DNA of 64,000 bases, taken from positions 40,074-104,073 of the forward strand of contig JAAZYV010000028.1 of the NCBI GenBank assembly GCA_014239455.1, written 5' to 3'. Below the pieces are notes generated by a model. The model did no database searches, was not told the DNA's origin, and worked only from the letters and a program-made list of their open reading frames with translations. The position numbers and the translations under genes were made by a program. Origin of the DNA: Paracoccaceae bacterium. GTDB lineage: Bacteria > Pseudomonadota > Alphaproteobacteria > Rhodobacterales > Rhodobacteraceae. This document shows positions 61,278 through 64,000 of the stretch, one piece after another. Position 1 is the first letter of the stretch; every line of letters begins with the position of its first letter.

Positions 61278-62130
61278 TCATTAGATTTTTTAACAATTTT
61301 AAATTGTTCCAAGTTCTTCTCTTTTTTTCAGGTGATTGCATCATAGAATTTATTCCCTCAATCTCAATTACTGGGATTCCATCATAAAAAACAATGCATC
61401 CATTTTCTTCATCACCCATGAATTGATCAGATAAACCTAGTATGATGCTAGGTATCTTTCCAATTAGCACCAGAAAACGGGGAGAAACAATTTTTATGTG
61501 TCTTTGGACAAAGGGTTTAATTAAATCCAAATCAGATACTTTTGAATTGAAATCTCTAACAAGTCTAAATGGTACTGATGGTAAAACATAAAGACCAGAT
61601 TTTTTCGTTCCATCCAAGCTTAACCCCAAAGCAGCAAAGATATTCTTAAATAATTCTCCCGCACTACCAGCATAAGGCACCGATTCAATTTCCTCAACTC
61701 TGCCAGGAGGTTCAGAAATAACCATTACATTTGCAGCAAAATTACCAGCAGCAAATACCATACCTGAGGAACCTTTAAGGGCATGGAAACCAGTAAAATT
61801 CCCTATGCTTTTTTCTAATGTCTTAATATCCATAGCCTTGTTGGCAGATTCTTCTGCATTTGAGATTAAATCCCATTGCAAGTCTTTTTCTCTAAAAGGT
61901 GGTCCTTTGTCGGAAACCTTTTTAGTATTAGGTAATTGGGTCAAATCCTTTTCAGAGTTTATTCTTAACAATAAACTCTGATTTTCTTTACCTTCAGCAA
62001 AATCTGTATCAAGAATCATATCAGCCTTTATGTCGTGCAAGCCTGGCGCATCTAATCCAGCTTCAGCATAATCTATAAGTGTAGCTACTAGCGCCTTTTG
62101 AACATTATCCAACTTAATCTCTTCCTTCAA
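61261..62130 (-). CDS. Uracil-DNA glycosylase family 4-like protein with an N-terminal extension
   Basis: VMVISEPPGRVEEIESVPYAGSAGELFKNIFAALGL parallels the family-4 motif A region (GE[AG]PG..E...G.PF.G.AG.LL). Here the GE-A-PG core reads SE-P-PG. Overlaps moaB by 17 nt. Confidence 0.72.
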   Translation of the reverse strand: MKEEIKLDNVQKALVATLIDYAEAGLDAPGLHDIKADMILDTDFAEGKENQSLLLRINSEKDLTQLPNTKKVSDKGPPFREKDLQWDLISNAEESANKAMDIKTLEKSIGNFTGFHALKGSSGMVFAAGNFAANVMVISEPPGRVEEIESVPYAGSAGELFKNIFAALGLSLDGTKKSGLYVLPSVPFRLVRDFNSKVSDLDLIKPFVQRHIKIVSPRFLVLIGKIPSIILGLSDQFMGDEENGCIVFYDGIPVIEIEGINSMMQSPEKKRRTWNNLKLLKNLMNEESQ

Positions 62131-62234
62131 AAAATTTTCAATTAACTTAAGGCCTCAGATTTATAAATCATCACGAAGTTCATTGCGAACATGCCACATA
62201 TATTATATTATAATGTTAAAAGGGATAGTACTAA

Positions 62235-63182
62235 TTGCTAAATAGAAAAGATCTATTAGGGACAGCAGATTTATCTAAAGAAGAAATTTTGTCGATCATT
62301 GATTTAGCAGAACAATACTCCAATGAAAATATTAAGAATGTAAACAACACTAGAATTTTGAAGAACATTACTCAGATAAACTTGTTCTTCGAAAACTCTA
62401 CAAGAACCCAAGTTAGTTTTGAAATTGCAGGAACTAAACTTGGTACCAATATTGTAAATTTCCCACTTAAAACTAGTTCCCAATCCAAAGGCGAAACACT
62501 GCTCGATCTGGCTTCAACACTTAATTCAATGTTTCCTGATATTCTAGTCATTAGGCATCCTAAATCTGGCGCCGTACAATTAATATCGGAGAAGGTAAAA
62601 TGCTCTGTTATAAATGCAGGTGACGGTAATCATGAGCATCCAACTCAGGCTTTGTTGGATGCCCAGACGATCCGAAAAAGACTTGGTAGGATCAGTGGCC
62701 TTAAAATTGCTATTTGTGGAGATATTGCCCATAGCAGAGTAGCCAGATCAAACATTTTCTGCCTTAAAACGTTGGGAAACAAGATCAGAGTTGTTGGACC
62801 TAAAACTTTGATACCTAGAGGGATTGAAAGTTTGGGAGTGGAAGTAGCTCATAACATGTTTGATGGATTGCAAGATATAGATGTAGTAATGGTCCTGAGA
62901 TTGCAAAAAGAGAGAATGGACGGTGGTTTTCTTTCCTCAGAGAGGGAATATTTTCACCATTATGGATTAGATGAAAAAAAAATGCAGTACGCAAATCCTA
63001 ATGCCATCATCATGCATCCTGGCCCAATGAATCGTGGAATTGAAATAGACGGTGACCTTGCAGATGATATAAATAGATCGGTAATCACAAAACAGGTAGA
63101 AGTTGGGTTAGCCATACGGATGGCCGTATTAGACCTTCTTACCAGAGGACACCCCTTGAGAAAAAAATGTCAAGAACAATAA
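62235..63182 (+). CDS. pyrB: Aspartate carbamoyltransferase catalytic subunit
   Basis: STRTQVSFE, HPTQALLD and HPGPMNRGIEI motifs; TTG start. Confidence 0.95.
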   Translation: MLNRKDLLGTADLSKEEILSIIDLAEQYSNENIKNVNNTRILKNITQINLFFENSTRTQVSFEIAGTKLGTNIVNFPLKTSSQSKGETLLDLASTLNSMFPDILVIRHPKSGAVQLISEKVKCSVINAGDGNHEHPTQALLDAQTIRKRLGRISGLKIAICGDIAHSRVARSNIFCLKTLGNKIRVVGPKTLIPRGIESLGVEVAHNMFDGLQDIDVVMVLRLQKERMDGGFLSSEREYFHHYGLDEKKMQYANPNAIIMHPGPMNRGIEIDGDLADDINRSVITKQVEVGLAIRMAVLDLLTRGHPLRKKCQEQ

Positions 63183-64000
63183 CATTTATTAATGCTCTCT
63201 TGATTGACCCTGTATCATCAGAGCAAGCATTTGGGTCCTTAACGATGGAAAGTGGTATTATTTCAAGAATAAACGGCCCTACAAAAGGTGCCGTCATTGA
63301 TTGCCAGAAAGCCTGTCTTGCCCCCGGAATAGTTGATTTGGGAGTCCACATCTGTGAACCAGGAGAAAGACACAAGGAGAGCTTTCGATCGGCTAGCCTG
63401 GCGGCCGCATCTGGGGGAATTACGTCAATGGTTACGTTTCCGAATACTTTGCCAACAATAGATAACCCCGAATTGTTGGAATTTTTCATAAATAGATCGA
63501 AAGAATCAAGTAGAGTACGAATCTTACCAACTGCCGCAATTACAAGAGACTGTAAAGGAAAGAAAATCTGCGAGTTAAGGTTTTTACAGGATAAGGGTGC
63601 CGTGGCTTTTACAAACGGACTACGATGTATTAAAGATTCAAAAATTTTTTTGAGGGCTCTAACTTATGCTGCCAGCCTAGAGTTACCTTATATTGGACAT
63701 TGCCAGGATTACTTCCTTTCAAATGGAACTTCTGCAACATCAGGACCTTTTGCTACGCAAATGGGTTTACCATCAGCACCCATAGAATCAGAAAAAATCT
63801 CTCTTGAAAGAGATGCTGCCTTAGCAGAAATTTCTGGTATTCATTACCACGCGTCGCAAATAACCACAGAATTAAGCCTGGCAACAATAAAAAATCTTAA
63901 ATCTAGGGGGAACAAAATTACCGCTGGTACATCAATCCATCATCTTATTTTTGACGAAAAAGATATAGGGAATTATAGAACTTTCTTTAAGCTCAATCCC
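63167..64000 (+). CDS. pyrC: Dihydroorotase-like protein (pyrC / pyrC'-type), 5' part, runs off window
   Basis: ATG at 63167 overlaps the pyrB end by 16 nt. Reads MSRTITFINALLIDPVSS...CLAPGIVDLGVHICEPGERHKESF...GGITSMVTFPNT..., the amidohydrolase DHOase fold. Not in the ORF track because it is truncated. Confidence 0.88.
   Translation, partial: MSRTITFINALLIDPVSSEQAFGSLTMESGIISRINGPTKGAVIDCQKACLAPGIVDLGVHICEPGERHKESFRSASLAAASGGITSMVTFPNTLPTIDNPELLEFFINRSKESSRVRILPTAAITRDCKGKKICELRFLQDKGAVAFTNGLRCIKDSKIFLRALTYAASLELPYIGHCQDYFLSNGTSATSGPFATQMGLPSAPIESEKISLERDAALAEISGIHYHASQITTELSLATIKNLKSRGNKITAGTSIHHLIFDEKDIGNYRTFFKLNP

Noticed and set aside
63139-63489. 116-aa minus-strand ORF spanning the pyrB/pyrC junction.
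   Set aside because: It is antisense to two genes with clear family motifs, so it is a shadow ORF.

Overview
The window reads as a contiguous, almost entirely housekeeping stretch of an AT-rich alphaproteobacterial chromosome, streamlined and SAR11/Pelagibacterales-like in style; finer taxonomy cannot be fixed from sequence alone. The alphaproteobacterial assignment rests on gcrA, a DUF1013/TrcR gene, the lysC-ptsP pair, COQ9 divergent from rpsU, a ctaC-ctaB-ctaG-ctaE-surf1-thrC-M16 peptidase run, and chorismate mutase between ffh and rpsP. Content runs in this order: rpoC(5' part)-rpoB-rplL-rplJ-rplA-rplK-nusG-secE-tRNA-Trp; metG; tRNA-Leu; a small C1/methyl module (stand-alone MetH-activation-domain protein, small PF13769-like protein, MTHFR homolog); argF-argD; gcrA; lysC-ptsP; the cytochrome aa3 assembly cluster; tldD-topA-rnr; zapE; trhO; ffh-CM-rpsP-rimM-trmD-rplS-rpmE; a PBP5-type carboxypeptidase; clpS; trcR; COQ9/rpsU; a long acyl-CoA dehydrogenase plus MBL hydrolase; sua5; an RND efflux pair; moaB; UDG; and pyrB with a pyrC-like gene. 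I found no CRISPR array, IS element, integrase, prophage or recognisable defence island, so I cannot support a dramatic novel system. The items most worth a second look are: (1) the orphan MetH reactivation-domain operon; (2) a 570-bp non-coding gap with promoter-like and Shine-Dalgarno-led micro-ORF signals upstream of tRNA-Leu; (3) five near-perfect 39-bp in-frame tandem repeats extending ribosomal protein S16; (4) an MBL hydrolase split by a single in-frame TAG; (5) a 46-codon cytochrome oxidase subunit IV gene missed by the ORF track; (6) a T18 homopolymer inside surf1; (7) a pyrB-overlapping dihydroorotase homolog with a degenerate metal site. All product calls come from motif recognition by eye; no database search was run.
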